DNA from: the human T2T-CHM13v2.0 reference genome, Homo sapiens
Assembly (NCBI RefSeq): GCF_009914755.1
Contig: NC_060930.1
Direction: 5' to 3' (one strand)
DNA length: 64,000 bases
The notes beneath the pieces are model-generated. The model was given only the letters and a program-made list of their open reading frames with translations. It did not search any database and had not been told where the DNA came from. The position numbers and the translations under genes are program-made. Positions 15,635-28,518 of this stretch are shown piece by piece (the stretch's first letter is position 1; the number at the start of each line of letters is the position of its first letter).

Positions 15635-16056
15635 AAGTCTCAAATCAGTCCTTTAAGCTCTTACTTGAAGAACTCAGGTGGGGGAAAATAACCCAAAGCA
15701 AATAGAAGAAAGGAAATGAGCAGAAATAAACGGAACTGAACACACACGCACAAAATAGAAAAACAAACAAAAAGCTAGTTCCTTTAAAAGATCAATAAAA
15801 GAAGACCTCTAGGAGGACTGATAATTTTTTAAGAAGAGAGATGACGCAAATTGCCAATATCAAGAATAAAAAGAAGAGTATATCACTATAGACTCTGCTG
15901 ACATCAAAAGGGTAAATGAATACTATGAACAACACTTTACACACAAATTTGAAAACTTAGATGAGATGGACTAATTCCTTGAAAATCACAAACTATCACA
16001 ACTCACTCAATATGAAATATATTTTTCTATAACCTTGTAACTACTAAGGAAATTAA

Positions 16057-16488
<432 letters not shown>

Positions 16489-16559
16489 TAATTAATTTTT
16501 AAAGTGTTTTTTAAATTCTCCCTTCTTACATCTTCTTTTCCTTCTGCCTTCAAGGGCTG

Positions 16560-17230
16560 TCACACGAAGAGTAGCGTAGGTGGATAAAAAAACAGAATGG
16601 TCAGTACCGCCTGGGGGATTTAGGTCCAGGTGAGGAGGTGAGAAGGTGGAATTCCCAGCTCTTAGAAATGAAGACCCAGGAAGTGGGTCGCTGCCTGTCC
16701 TTACCCTCGCCAGCCCCTGGGCCGGCACCGTGGCTGAAACCCAGCATGGATTTCATCTTGGGGACGTTGTGGCTCCAGTTTTGAGACTCAAGTAACGATG
16801 GATGGAGAGGAGAACAAGGACCACCTGAGCTCGACCACAAGAGCTCGAGGAGGGAAGCAGGGACGCGGTGGGGTGCGCACCTGCGGCTGCGGCAGCAAAG
16901 GCGGAGGAGGAGCGAAGTGGACGAGCACCCGAGGCTGCCAGAGGATCTGGGAAGCCTGGGTGCCCATCTCTGCTGCGTTTCCTCGGTGTCCACGATAGGT
17001 GAGAGGGCTCATTCCCTGTAGGAGAAGTGAGCTGAAAACACTTTCCCCGCAAGATCTCCCTCGTTTTACTCAAGGTAGTCGCGGCGTTGAGAACGCCTCG
17101 CAGCTCCTTTACTGGCTGGGGTACTGGGGAGCAGGGGTACCCTTGAGTTTTGGTACAGGCGGGTGGTATTGGTGGCTTCCGAGGAAAGGACAGAGAAGAC
17201 GCCTATTTCCAATCCCTACTGTTCGTCAGG
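16560..17230. promoter_or_regulatory. GC/CpG-rich promoter-like block A (paralog 44660-45360)
   Basis: Locally high GC and retained CpG; not recognisable as a common repeat; function inferred only. Confidence 0.45.
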
Positions 17231-17836
17231 GGGAGAGTGTTGAACCAGGTCTCTCTAGACCCTCCTGCTTAAGCCCCTTTGTTATAGGTAGGAGAGTGTG
17301 TTCTGTTTTGGTATTTGAGTGTGTGTGTGTGTGTTTAGCTTCTTGAGCTTGGAATATGTCATGAAATACAAGAAAGATCAGGGAGTCTCAGCATATTTTA
17401 AACTTAAATTGGTTTTCAGAGGTACTTATACCTTGTTCCTAAGGAATTCAGGGTGTCCAGATTTCAACCTGCCTAGCAGTGCGAAGCTCTATGAGTCGAA
17501 TATCCTAGGCTTTCTTCCATATCAGCAAGCCTCTGAAATTTAGGTTTCTTTCTGGAGAATATCACCCACACTTTGGCAGTGGGCTCCTACATTGCCTACA
17601 TCCAACTCTTGGAAGCAAGAAGAGTGGGCAAAACCAAGGTCACCACACAAAAGTATATCCCTACACGAGATAAGTGGAAATAAAGCACTGGCTTAGGTGT
17701 GGAGAGGAAGAGACAAATGTGAAAACGCAGAAGGTAGACAGACAGAGAACATCTTCCAAGGAGGAAGAGTCTCCTAACAACAAGGAACTCTCTACTTAAT
17801 GCTGCGAAGATATTTTAATTACATTTTATGCATTAG

Positions 17837-18192
<356 letters not shown>

Positions 18193-18675
18193 ACATAGAC
18201 TGGGTTTTTAACAACTGGATCTTAGACCAGAATATTGGCAGAATTGGTGGGGGCTTGACAGAGAGCAGGGTGAATTCCAACCCTGAGGGTGGAGCAAGAA
18301 TGATTACAGTGTCTTCCTCAGAGCTTAGAAACTTCCAAGCTCTAAGGAAAGGCCTTAGGTTTCAAATTGAAAGGCCAAAATAGCTTGAGATGGCTCCAGG
18401 TATTTTGGCTGGAAAGAGTCTCCTGGCTCTAAAGAACCCCTGTGAGTTCTTCTACAGGAAAATCAGAGGCTCTTGTGTGTGATCTCTAGTCATCTAAAAT
18501 ATTGAAGGTCTCAAAGAGGTAATAAATCCACTCTCATCCTGATGTAATGCAAATACGTCACTGGCTTTCCTACGTGGTTTGAGTTTTTTATTGAAAATAG
18601 GCAGGGAACCCTGGGAGCAACTCTTTCTCCTTAGCAAGCATCTGGCCCTGGGAACTCCTTCTGAAACTTCTAGAG

Positions 18676-18795
18676 CAGTGCTTCTCAAACTTTAGCATCA
18701 GAGTCACTTGAGGGCTTATTCAACACAGGTGGCTGGGTCCCACTCTCATCAATTCTGATTCTGTAGATCTGAGGTTGGGCCTGGAATTTGACATT
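18676..18795. mobile_element. MER5A-like hAT-Charlie DNA transposon fragment (paralogs 31652-31775, 46404-46530)
   Basis: CAGTGCTTCTCAAACTT..GCATCAGAGTCACTTGAGGGCTT..TTCTGATTC..GGCCTGGAATTT. Confidence 0.75.
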
Positions 18796-19844
18796 CCACT
18801 AGTAGCACCCTAATCCCTCATGCCTTGCTCTCCTGTGCAGCATCCTTTGTGGCAAACATAACACTATTTCCTTAAAGTGCCTGGAGAGAACCAGTAGATA
18901 GTAGGGGGGAAATATTAAGAAATGAAAAGAAAATATATGGCATCTCTTCGTTACCTGTCTCCAAAAAATGCATCTTGAAACAAACATATGATTGGCCTGG
19001 GGGCACACAGCCAATCCTCAGCTAAGCAGGTTTCACCAGACAGTATCCCTCCTGGATACTGGTTATGGATATTTTCACCGGATAAAAGAATCAAGAAGTA
19101 AGGACATCCCAGCCTGATAGAGTGTTAGACTGGTGGATGGTGACAAACATCATACTCTGTTGCCTCTCAAAGATGCTTTGATTCAACAGCAAACATGTAC
19201 AGAGGACAGCAATTTTGAAACATACAACATTGGAAACCCCTAAAAGGTATCATCAGTGAATAGGATTTCCTGGGAGTTCCCTGGTCATGCAATGCAATTG
19301 TGATGGGATTGACAGAGAAAGAACAAAAAAAATTTGTTTTCTTTTGTTTTTACCTGAGGAAGTGCTCAACACACCTGCGATCCACTCACCTTTTACTTTG
19401 CGTCTATTTTCCATTGTGACAGAAAAACTTTTCCTACTTTTTCACATGAGTCCTCCGTTGGCTGTTAACAGAGGTTTCCAGGCAATGTTTTATTTTAACA
19501 AGGAAAATGGAATGGCTGAGGAAATACAGGAAAATGAATCAATTGTATCAGTAGGGAATGTTGATCCGTATTGGTTTCTGCTCCTCTCATGTTGAAGGTC
19601 TCTTATTCCCTGACAGTCTTTGTTCGGTCATCCAGCGTCCTTCCACTCCCATCTCAAGCGGCTGGAGAGCCACAGCAGTCCTTGTCTCAGTATTGGATTA
19701 CACTTGTGGCTGTGCTTTCTGCGCAGGTTGACAGGGAGAGACTGGAGGAGAAATCAGTGGACAGATGCTTTCGCTCTGTTCTTTGGCCCAGAAAACAAAA
19801 CTAAAGTAAAAAAAAACAAAAAACAAACAAACAAAAAAGATGAT

Positions 19845-20138
19845 GCTGGGAGCGGTGGCTCACGCCTGTAATCCCAGCACTTTGGGAAACTGTGGCGGGT
19901 GGATCACCTGAGGTCTGGGGTTCGAGACCAGTGTGGCCAACATGGTGAAACCCCGTCTGTACTAAAAATACAAAAATTACCCGGGCCTGATGGCACGCAC
20001 CTGTAAACCCACCTGCCGAGGCAGAAGAATCGCTTGAACCCGGGAGGCAGCGGTTGTAATGAGCCAAGATTAAGCCACTGCACTCCAGCCTGGGCTACAG
20101 AGCGAGACTCTGTCTCCAAAAAAAAAAAAAAAAAAAAG
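19845..20138 (+). mobile_element. AluSx-like
   Basis: Dimer with a small deletion and A-tail. Confidence 0.9.
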
Positions 20139-20505
20139 AATGGCCGCGGGGCGCTTTTCTCCCTTCTTCTTTGTCTTTCCTTCTCTTTAATCATAGCACA
20201 AAATGAGAGCAAATGTGAACCTCCCGTGGATGTGCACACTTTTGTTTGGGTTCAAGAGACCCTGTTGGGATCCCATTCTTCTTTCTTCCTCATTTCTTTT
20301 TCACCTTCCTTCTGCCGTCACAATCGCCTTCAGTGATGTCGAAGCTCACGGCATAGAAATGGGTTATAAATGGAGGCAACCCATTGGGTTACGTCTTTAC
20401 TCTCTATATGTGCAGAAATAGGACAGAAAAAGGTGCGGAGGCAGAAGTAAGTCTATGTTGCTTGAGAATTAGGTTTGAGCACTACCAGAGCAAAAAGTCA
20501 CCGTT

Positions 20506-20577
20506 TGGAGGTGCCGGGGATCGAACCCGGGGCCTCATATATGCAAAGCATGCGCTCTACCACTGAGCTACACCCCC
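20506..20577 (-). tRNA. tRNA-Ala(TGC), variant with C31:A39 mismatch
   Basis: GGGGGTGTAGCTCAGTGGTAGAGCGCATGCTTTGCATATATGAGGCCCCGGGTTCGATCCCCGGCACCTCCA; intact A and B boxes, G3:U70, T5 terminator at 20492-20496. Confidence 0.9.
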
Positions 20578-20730
20578 TTCCTGAAAAAAAATCCTTCTTG
20601 TAATAATTTCCAGGAGGTAACTTTCTTTTTCTGAGTATTGTGGAGCGTCTGCAGCTGCTGTGAGTAGAAGATACTAGGTACTAACGGGGGATACAAATTA
20701 TTTAGAATACAGTATACGACTTGAAATGGA

Positions 20731-20875
20731 AGGCGCCTGTAATCCCAGCTACTGGGGAGGCTGAGCCAGGAGAATCCTTGAACCCGGGAGGCGGAGATTG
20801 CACTGAGCCGACATCGCGCCACTGCACTCCAGCCTGGGCATCGGAGCGAAACTCAATCTCAAAAAAAAAAAAATC
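20731..20875 (+). mobile_element. Alu right monomer at a deletion junction
   Basis: Starts AGGCGCCTGTAATCC and ends in an A-tail. Confidence 0.9.
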
Positions 20876-20965
20876 ACTTCCTAGGTTTCAGACTGTAAAT
20901 AATTTATTTAATGTCAGCGCTTCATGGAAGACTTCACTGGAATATGCAACCAAAGCAGAGAGTGA

Positions 20966-20968
<3 letters not shown>

Positions 20969-21050
<82 letters not shown>
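20969..21050. repeat. Compound (AT)n(GT)n microsatellite
   Basis: Direct reading. Confidence 0.95.
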
Positions 21051-21140
21051 ATTACCTTTATCGGATTTTCAACAGCAAAAAATTGGAGTTCTATACACCT
21101 TTCTGGGATTGGCATGCAAGTGTTGTATAAGGGTTGTATC

Positions 21141-21445
21141 AGCCGAGCGCTGTGTCTTACGCCTGTAATCCCAGCACTTTGGGAGGCCGAGGCGGGCCGA
21201 TCACCTGAGGTCGGGAGTTCGAGACCAGCCTGACCAACATGGAGAAACTCCGTCTCTACTAAAAATACAAAATTAGCCAGGCGTGGTGGCGCATGCCTGT
21301 AATCCCAGCTACTCGGGAGGCTGAGGCAGGAGAATCGCTTGAACTCAGGAGGCGGAGGTTGCGGTGAGCCGAGTTCGCTCCATTGCACTCAGCCTGGGCA
21401 ACAAGAGTGAAACTCCGTCAAAAAATAAATAAATAAACAAAATAA
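21141..21445 (+). mobile_element. AluSp-like
   Basis: GACCAACATGGAGAAA diagnostic; full dimer. Confidence 0.9.
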
Positions 21446-21491
21446 GGGTTCTATTAGGCAAAACTGAAAGAAAGAAAGAAAAAAAAAACCC

Positions 21492-21564
21492 TGCCGAAAC
21501 CCGGGATCGAACCAGGGACCTTTAGATCTTCAGTCTAACGCTCTCCCAACTGAGCTATTTCGGC
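21492..21564 (-). tRNA. tRNA-Phe(GAA), canonical
   Basis: GCCGAAATAGCTCAGTTGGGAGAGCGTTAGACTGAAGATCTAAAGGTCCCTGGTTCGATCCCGGGTTTCGGCA; long T-run terminator 3 nt downstream. Confidence 0.97.
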
Positions 21565-22189
21565 TTCCCGAACTTGTTGTTTTAGGTGTTTCTTCAAAAT
21601 ATAAAAACTCATTTGTAGGGTCAGTATATCTTCCAATTCTGTTGTCTTCAATATCACCTGTCATTCACTCACCCCTTCACCCCCAAAATATAGATTCTTC
21701 CCCAATTTATGTCTGAAAACAGGACCCAATTTTAAGGACAATGAATGGGTTAGCAAAAGCCAGGGAAAGAAAAGGCAAAAATGAAGAATAGAGCAAAGTA
21801 AGAACATGCTCCCCTACATGGTCACTGCTCAGAATACCAAGGGAATTCAAAAGAAAATTTTCTAGGCTTTTCCTTTTCTCTGGGCTCTTGTTTTTCTGTC
21901 TTGCTCTTCAACGATATGGCAAAAAGGAACAGAGGATTATTGGGCACGTTAATGTGGTGGCAGGTTTATAGCTTCTGACTAAGGAAATCCTGAGCGAGAA
22001 AATTCATTTTCGCTATTCCCTTCCTTTCACTCGTCTTGTGCTGACACATCCACCTTGGGTGGTACAGAGACCCAGGGAGTGGAAATGGAAAGTATAATAT
22101 GTTTATTTTAGTGTGACCACGCAAGGCATGTTTTTAAAAGGAGAAAAGTACAGAGTGGCGAGAATTGTGAAAAACAGATGAACATGTAT

Positions 22190-22241
22190 GCTTTTGAACT
22201 CTGTGCAAGGCAAGGACACACTACCACTGAGCCACACCTCT
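22190..22241 (-). pseudogene. Highly degenerate tRNA(Ala)-like relic
   Basis: GAGGTGTGGCTCAGTGGTAGTGTGTCCTTGCCTTGCACAGAGTTCAAAAG has a clear A-box and a partial B-box but is internally deleted. Confidence 0.45.
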
Positions 22242-22852
22242 CTCGCTACAGAAACATCGTGAAGATCTTTTTTGACGCATTAGTCATATTTCTGAGAGGT
22301 CTTCAAAAATATGGTAAGTTGGCCGGATAGAAAATCCACTGTCTCATATCTCACTATTTCTTACCTCTAAACTATATCCCCTGAAGCTGCTAGGAGAAAT
22401 GTAAGAGAATCACAGACCAGAACACAGTTTCTGCTTTTGGAACATTTCATCCCATCAGTTTATTCTGAGGTTTCCTCTCCAGCAAACTGCCTGGGGGCAT
22501 TTTCTCCCACAGCCAACAGGTAAGATGTCCAGATGGAACTTCCTCTGGGGTCTTCAACCTGTCTGTCTCCATTTCTTCTCTTTCATCTGCTTACAAAGTT
22601 TTTCAAGCCCCATCCTCCTTAAGAAAAGATGATGAGCCACAGTCTAGGAGAAGATATTCCAATACTTATATTTTACTAAGGATCTTTATCTGGAATATGT
22701 TAAGAACTTCTACAAAGCACTAAGAAAAAGACTAAAACTTCAATAAGAAAGAGCAAATTAATATGAACTTCACAAAAAATCGCTATTGAGTAAAATAAAA
22801 TATGCTCGACATCTTTTGCTATAAAGGAAATGCAAATTAAAAACACAACAAT

Positions 22853-23137
22853 GCTGGACACAGTGGCTCACGCCTATACTCCCAGCAGTTTGGGAGGTCG
22901 AGGCGGGTGGATCACTTGAGGTTAGGAGTTCAAGACCAGCTGGCCAACATGGCGAAACCCGGTCTCTACTACAAATACAAAAATTTAGACGGCCACATGC
23001 CCCTGTAGTCCCAACTACTCAGGAGGCTGAGGCATGAGAATCTCTTGATCCTGGGAGGCAAAGGCTACAGTGAGCCAAGATTGTGCCGCTGCACTCCAGC
23101 CTGGGCAGCACAGCAAGACACTGTCGAAAAAAAAAAA
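22853..23137 (+). mobile_element. AluS
   Basis: Dimer with A-tail. Confidence 0.9.
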
Positions 23138-23293
23138 CACAAAATAATATTGCTCTTCATTGGAATCATTTAACCCAAAAAGTGGATAATATCAAGTGTT
23201 GCTGAGTATGTGAAGCAATTGGAACGTGCATACATGGCTGATGAGACTGTAAACTGCTATATCTACACTGGGAAACTATCTGAAAATATCAAC

Positions 23294-23296
<3 letters not shown>

Positions 23297-23342
<46 letters not shown>
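23297..23342. repeat. (AT)n microsatellite
   Basis: Direct reading. Confidence 0.95.
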
Positions 23343-23344
<2 letters not shown>

Positions 23345-23589
23345 TATGACCCCAAAACTAGACGGTTACATTTATACCCAAGAGAAGTGCATGAGCATCT
23401 CCCTTGAAGGACATGTATCAGAATGTTTACAGCAGCATTAGACATTTCAACCAAAAACGAGGGGTGCTGCAAATGTACTTGGACAGTAAAATGAATTAAT
23501 AAATCATGATGTACAGTATTCAGACAATAGAATACTCGAGAGCAACAGAAAATAACTACTGTTACTAGCAACAATATATAGAAAATGAA

Positions 23590-23920
<331 letters not shown>

Positions 23921-23967
23921 TTAACAAAAATTAAGTGAAAGAATCCATACTCAAATGAGTACAGATT

Positions 23968-24615
<648 letters not shown>

Positions 24616-24940
24616 ATATTATATGATCCCATTTATATTATTTAAAACATAAGAAAAATAATCTATGGAGGTGGAGGTCAGAGAGTTAGGATAATTGAAA
24701 TGAGGCAAAAGGCAGCTGTTGGTTGCTGAAAAATTCAGTATCTTGGCCTGAATTTTGGTTATATATAATAAGCCGTAAGCTGAATAGGTTTCATGTGTTT
24801 TATTTTATATAAATGAAGGCTTAAACTTAAATACAAGAAAAAAAAAGGTTTTCCTAAGTACTTCCTATCCTCCAGTACATTCTCTCTCTTCCTTAGGGTT
24901 GTTTTGTTTTGTTTTGTTGAGACGGAGTCTCGCTCTGTCG

Positions 24941-25570
24941 CATCCTCATGATTATTAGGACTTGGATGGACGGGATGGTACAGTGAGTCTAAGCGCCACA
25001 TCCCTCCGTCGCTTCCTCTGGATATGAGGGAAGAAAGGTACTTTTTTTGTCCTTAGGGAGGAAGACTCGACCAGGAAGGGGACCTGGTTCGTTTCGGCTT
25101 CAAGAGCGCCTCTCCGCTATTTCCGTCGCTCAGCAGACCGGCTGAACTCTTTGGAGGAGAGAGTGATACTGGGTTTTGGTTTGCCCTTCAGGAACCGCTG
25201 ATACTGTAGCTTCTGAGGGAGCTGCAGGGATTTCCCGATTTCCTGCGTGCCTGTGTTAAAAGTTAGAAGCGGGATCTGCTGGCAGCTTCGAAACTGAGCA
25301 TGACGGTGGAAACATCTAATTTTATTAGTTTTTGCTTGAAATGCAAAAGATGAGAAAGAAAGTTTCCGTTTGTTTGCTCCACATATTTCTCTTAGAATGA
25401 AGCCGATTGAAAGTTAACTTCACCCTGAAGAAACTCCTCCTGGCGTTTGCAACGATCTCCTGTATGTCTCACGTCCAGCTTGACTCAAAAGGACTCTAAA
25501 GAGCTGGAGAGCGGCTGCGGAAAGGCGGAGTCACGGTACAATCGGTGTTAACTACTTGTGCAGCCACCGC
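24941..25570. promoter_or_regulatory. CpG-enriched promoter-like block B (paralogs ~40620-41585 and ~55570-56585)
   Basis: Retained CpGs in three copies, e.g. CCGTCGCTTCCTCTGG and GCGCCTCTCCGCTATTTCCGTCGCTC; function inferred only. Confidence 0.4.
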
Positions 25571-26722
25571 CTCCTTAGTCCTATTACAGGCGCAGAGGCA
25601 GTATAGCTGAATCCCTCACAAGTCGAGTGGGTTGACCTCAGATTGACTTTAGCGATGGCTTGTGACCACCTGATAGATAGTGGCCGTTACAGCGTTTAGA
25701 AAGTGAGTAAAAGAAAGGATGCATAGGGAAGCCCACAAGTTTGCTTGGCTTCTGCAGATGGAGAGAGGTCGCTTTTCTGCCTTCTGGATGTTTAGTAACT
25801 TATTTTTTATTTCCTTTGTTGGCATGAAATAGAGCTGAAAATAAAAGCAGATTTTCTTTTAACAAGATAGTATTAAGATGCTTGCAGAGTATTTCTCTGT
25901 GGATTTCTGCTTGGCACTGTGATACCACAAAGAGCTCTAATCTGGAGGTATGGGTTGTTCCCTAGCTTAGAAGGAGGTCAGTCCTGGAGAGTAAGTACTG
26001 TGAGGTACAAAAGGATCCTTTGGGATTGGAAAAATAAACGTTCATTACTTTTATTTATGTAAAACAGCAAAATGAGCTTTCTCCTATACTGATCTTGGTC
26101 CCTGGAGTTCAGAGTGTTTGCATCTCAGACCAGAAGCTTCCTCAGAGGACCCAGAGAAGTGCTTTTTACTTCCACCAAATTTCAGCTGAGGTGAATGCTG
26201 TCTTTTCGTCATTTGTTGTGTGTTTGTAGTTAAGTAGTTTAAGTTTCAGAGTTTGTGGGTCTCCAATGGAAAAGGTTACCACCACACATCAAACCATCAA
26301 CCCCTGGCAGTGTAATCTTTTAGTGAAAGCTTGTAGGGCTTCTGCAACCTGGTTAGGAGGAGTTAGAAAAAGAAACAGAAAAAGACTTGAGCCTTTTAGC
26401 TTCTGATCTGAAATCAGACTTGGGCCACACAGGTCTATGGTTTCTGATGATTTCATTTACAGCTAGAAATTGGCTGGATGGCCAGGAATACTACTTGCTT
26501 CCCCCGTGCGTGGTCCATGTTAATGATTGATGGGACTGCTTAGAAAGAATAGGCGGATAATCCTAGGCAGCAAATAACCTCAAGTGAATGAACACGCATC
26601 ACCCTCTGTATGAGAGAGAAATGCAGAGGCCAACACAATTCACCTTGACAGACAGAAAAATTTAAAGTTGGGGAATATCATGGACCGCTTCTTACTGGTG
26701 TCCCGGGGAAGGAAACATGGCC

Positions 26723-26794
26723 TGGAGGTACTGGGGATCGAACCCAGGACCTCGTGCATGCTAAGCACGCGCTCTACTACTGAGCTATACCCCC
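26723..26794 (-). tRNA. tRNA-Ala(AGC), D-loop G18A variant
   Basis: GGGGGTATAGCTCAGTAGTAGAGCGCGTGCTTAGCATGCACGAGGTCCTGGGTTCGATCCCCAGTACCTCCA; all stems pair. Confidence 0.9.
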
Positions 26795-26953
26795 TCTGGA
26801 CTCAGGACCTTCGGAAAACGCTTTGGTGACGGCCAATATGTGAGCCTGCCCTCTGTGTCAGGATAATCACTATATGTTTCCAATTCCATTGTTAATTCCC
26901 TACATGAAGCGCTTCCTCTTTTAGGCACGGCTGGGCCAAAAGAAGAGTAGCTT

Positions 26954-27330
26954 AGCCGGGTGCAGTGGCTTATGCCTGTAATCCCAGCACTTTGGGAGGC
27001 TGAGGCGGGTGGATCACGAGGTCAGGAGTTCAAGACCAGCCTGGGCAAGATAGTGAAACCCTGTCTCTACTAAAAATACAAAAATTAGCCGGGCGTGGTG
27101 ACAGGCGCCTGTAATCCCAGCTACTCTGAAGTAGAGAATTGCTTGAACCCGGGAGGCAGAGGTTGCAGTGAGCCGAGATCGGGCCACTGCACTCCAGCTT
27201 GAGCGACAGAGCGAGACTCCGTCTCAAAAAAAGAAAGAAAGAAGAAAGAGAGAGAGAGAGAGAGAGAGACAGAAACAAAGAAAGAAAGAGAGAAATAAAG
27301 AGAAAGAAAGAAAGAGAAAAGAAAGGAAAG
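26954..27330 (+). mobile_element. AluSg-like with tail decayed to (GA)n/(GAAA)n
   Basis: Full dimer; TSD core AGTAGCTTA; empty site near 42980. Confidence 0.92.
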
Positions 27331-27630
27331 TAGCTTAGTGGTAAAAATAAAGGCACTGTTCCTGATTTGTGGTCAACCCAAGATCAACTCACCCCAAGGT
27401 GGACTCTCCATCACGTTAGACTTCCTGGAGCATACTTGCATTCTATCATTTGAGTGTGTCCCGGTATACAACATTCTCTTGCAAATTTTCTGATTATAAC
27501 TTTCTGTATTCTTTTGACTCTTGGAAGCATGTTGGTGTTTCACATAGTCAAAAAATAAAACTGACTCAAGTGCGTGTGAAAATACCTTAAAATTCAATAC
27601 GAATAGAGGCAAATTCAAATGGCGTTGTCT

Positions 27631-27665
27631 ATCGCTTCTCGGCGTTTTGGCTAAGATCAAGTGTA
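27631..27665 (+). pseudogene. 3'-truncated U2 snRNA retropseudogene (nt 1-35)
   Basis: ATCGCTTCTCGGCGTTTTGGCTAAGATCAAGTGTA is 34/35 identical to the U2 5' end; flanked by direct repeats. Confidence 0.92.
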
Positions 27666-27994
27666 AAATTGCATTGTGAAACAATAACATACTCCTACTT
27701 GAAAAGGAAAGAACTGATCTATGAAAATGGTTTATACAGTTTGTTGTTCTAATTGTAAGATTAAAAAGAATTGCAAACAAATCTTGAACTCTGTATCAGG
27801 GTTATTTTTGTAGAGCTAGGGCTGTAAGAATTCTGAGATTTTGTGTGAATTTTAGGATTGGGAAAATGAGTGTGTGTGACCGGGTGTGTTGGAACCAGGC
27901 TGTCACTGTAAGAGAAAGAAGGTAAAGAATAGTCCTGTTGGTGTTGATGGGAATTGGAGGCGTCAGTATGAAATTATACATATGTAATTTTATA

Positions 27995-28288
27995 GGCTGG
28001 GCGCAGTGTCTCACGTTTGTAATCTCAACACTTTGGCAGGCCAAGACGGGCAGCTCACTTGAGGTCAGGAGTTCGAGAACAGCCTGGCCAACATGGTGAA
28101 ACCCCCGTCTCTACTAAAAATACAAAAATTAGCCGGATGTGGTTGTGCGTGCCTGTAGTCCCAGCTACTCGGAAGTCTGAGGCAGGAGAATCGCTTGAAC
28201 TCAGGAGGCAGACGTTGCAGTGAGCCAAGATCCTGCCACCGCACTCTGGCCTGGGTGACTTAGACTTTGTCTCAAAAAAAAAAAAAAG
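27995..28288 (+). mobile_element. AluSx-like, shared with unit 3 (43592-43880)
   Basis: Same insertion point and shared private features (TCTCA.CACTTTGG, GACGTTGCAG, CACCGCACTC). Confidence 0.9.
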
Positions 28289-28456
28289 TAAAATTTCCCT
28301 GCAGATCTGTCTGCTAACTGGGCCTGGAAGAAATACCTCAGAAACAATAAGCAAAGATAACAATATTTTGATTCACAAATACCATTCCCTACTAAAAGGC
28401 ACCAGAGATACTAATAGAAAGTAGCTACTAGTGTCAACTACACTGACTCCAGGACT

Positions 28457-28518
28457 CATGCCACTGCACTACAGCCTGGGCGACAAAGCGAGACTCTGTC
28501 TCAAATAAATAAATAAAT
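28457..28518 (+). mobile_element. Alu 3' remnant at a deletion junction
   Basis: CATGCCACTGCACTACAGCCTGGGCGACAAAGCGAGACTCTGTCTC followed by (AAAT)n. Confidence 0.88.

Noticed and set aside
16492-17346. Cluster of ORFs in CpG block A and its paralog 44735-45322
   Set aside because: GC-rich, stop-poor DNA; frames are not preserved between copies and no domain is recognisable.
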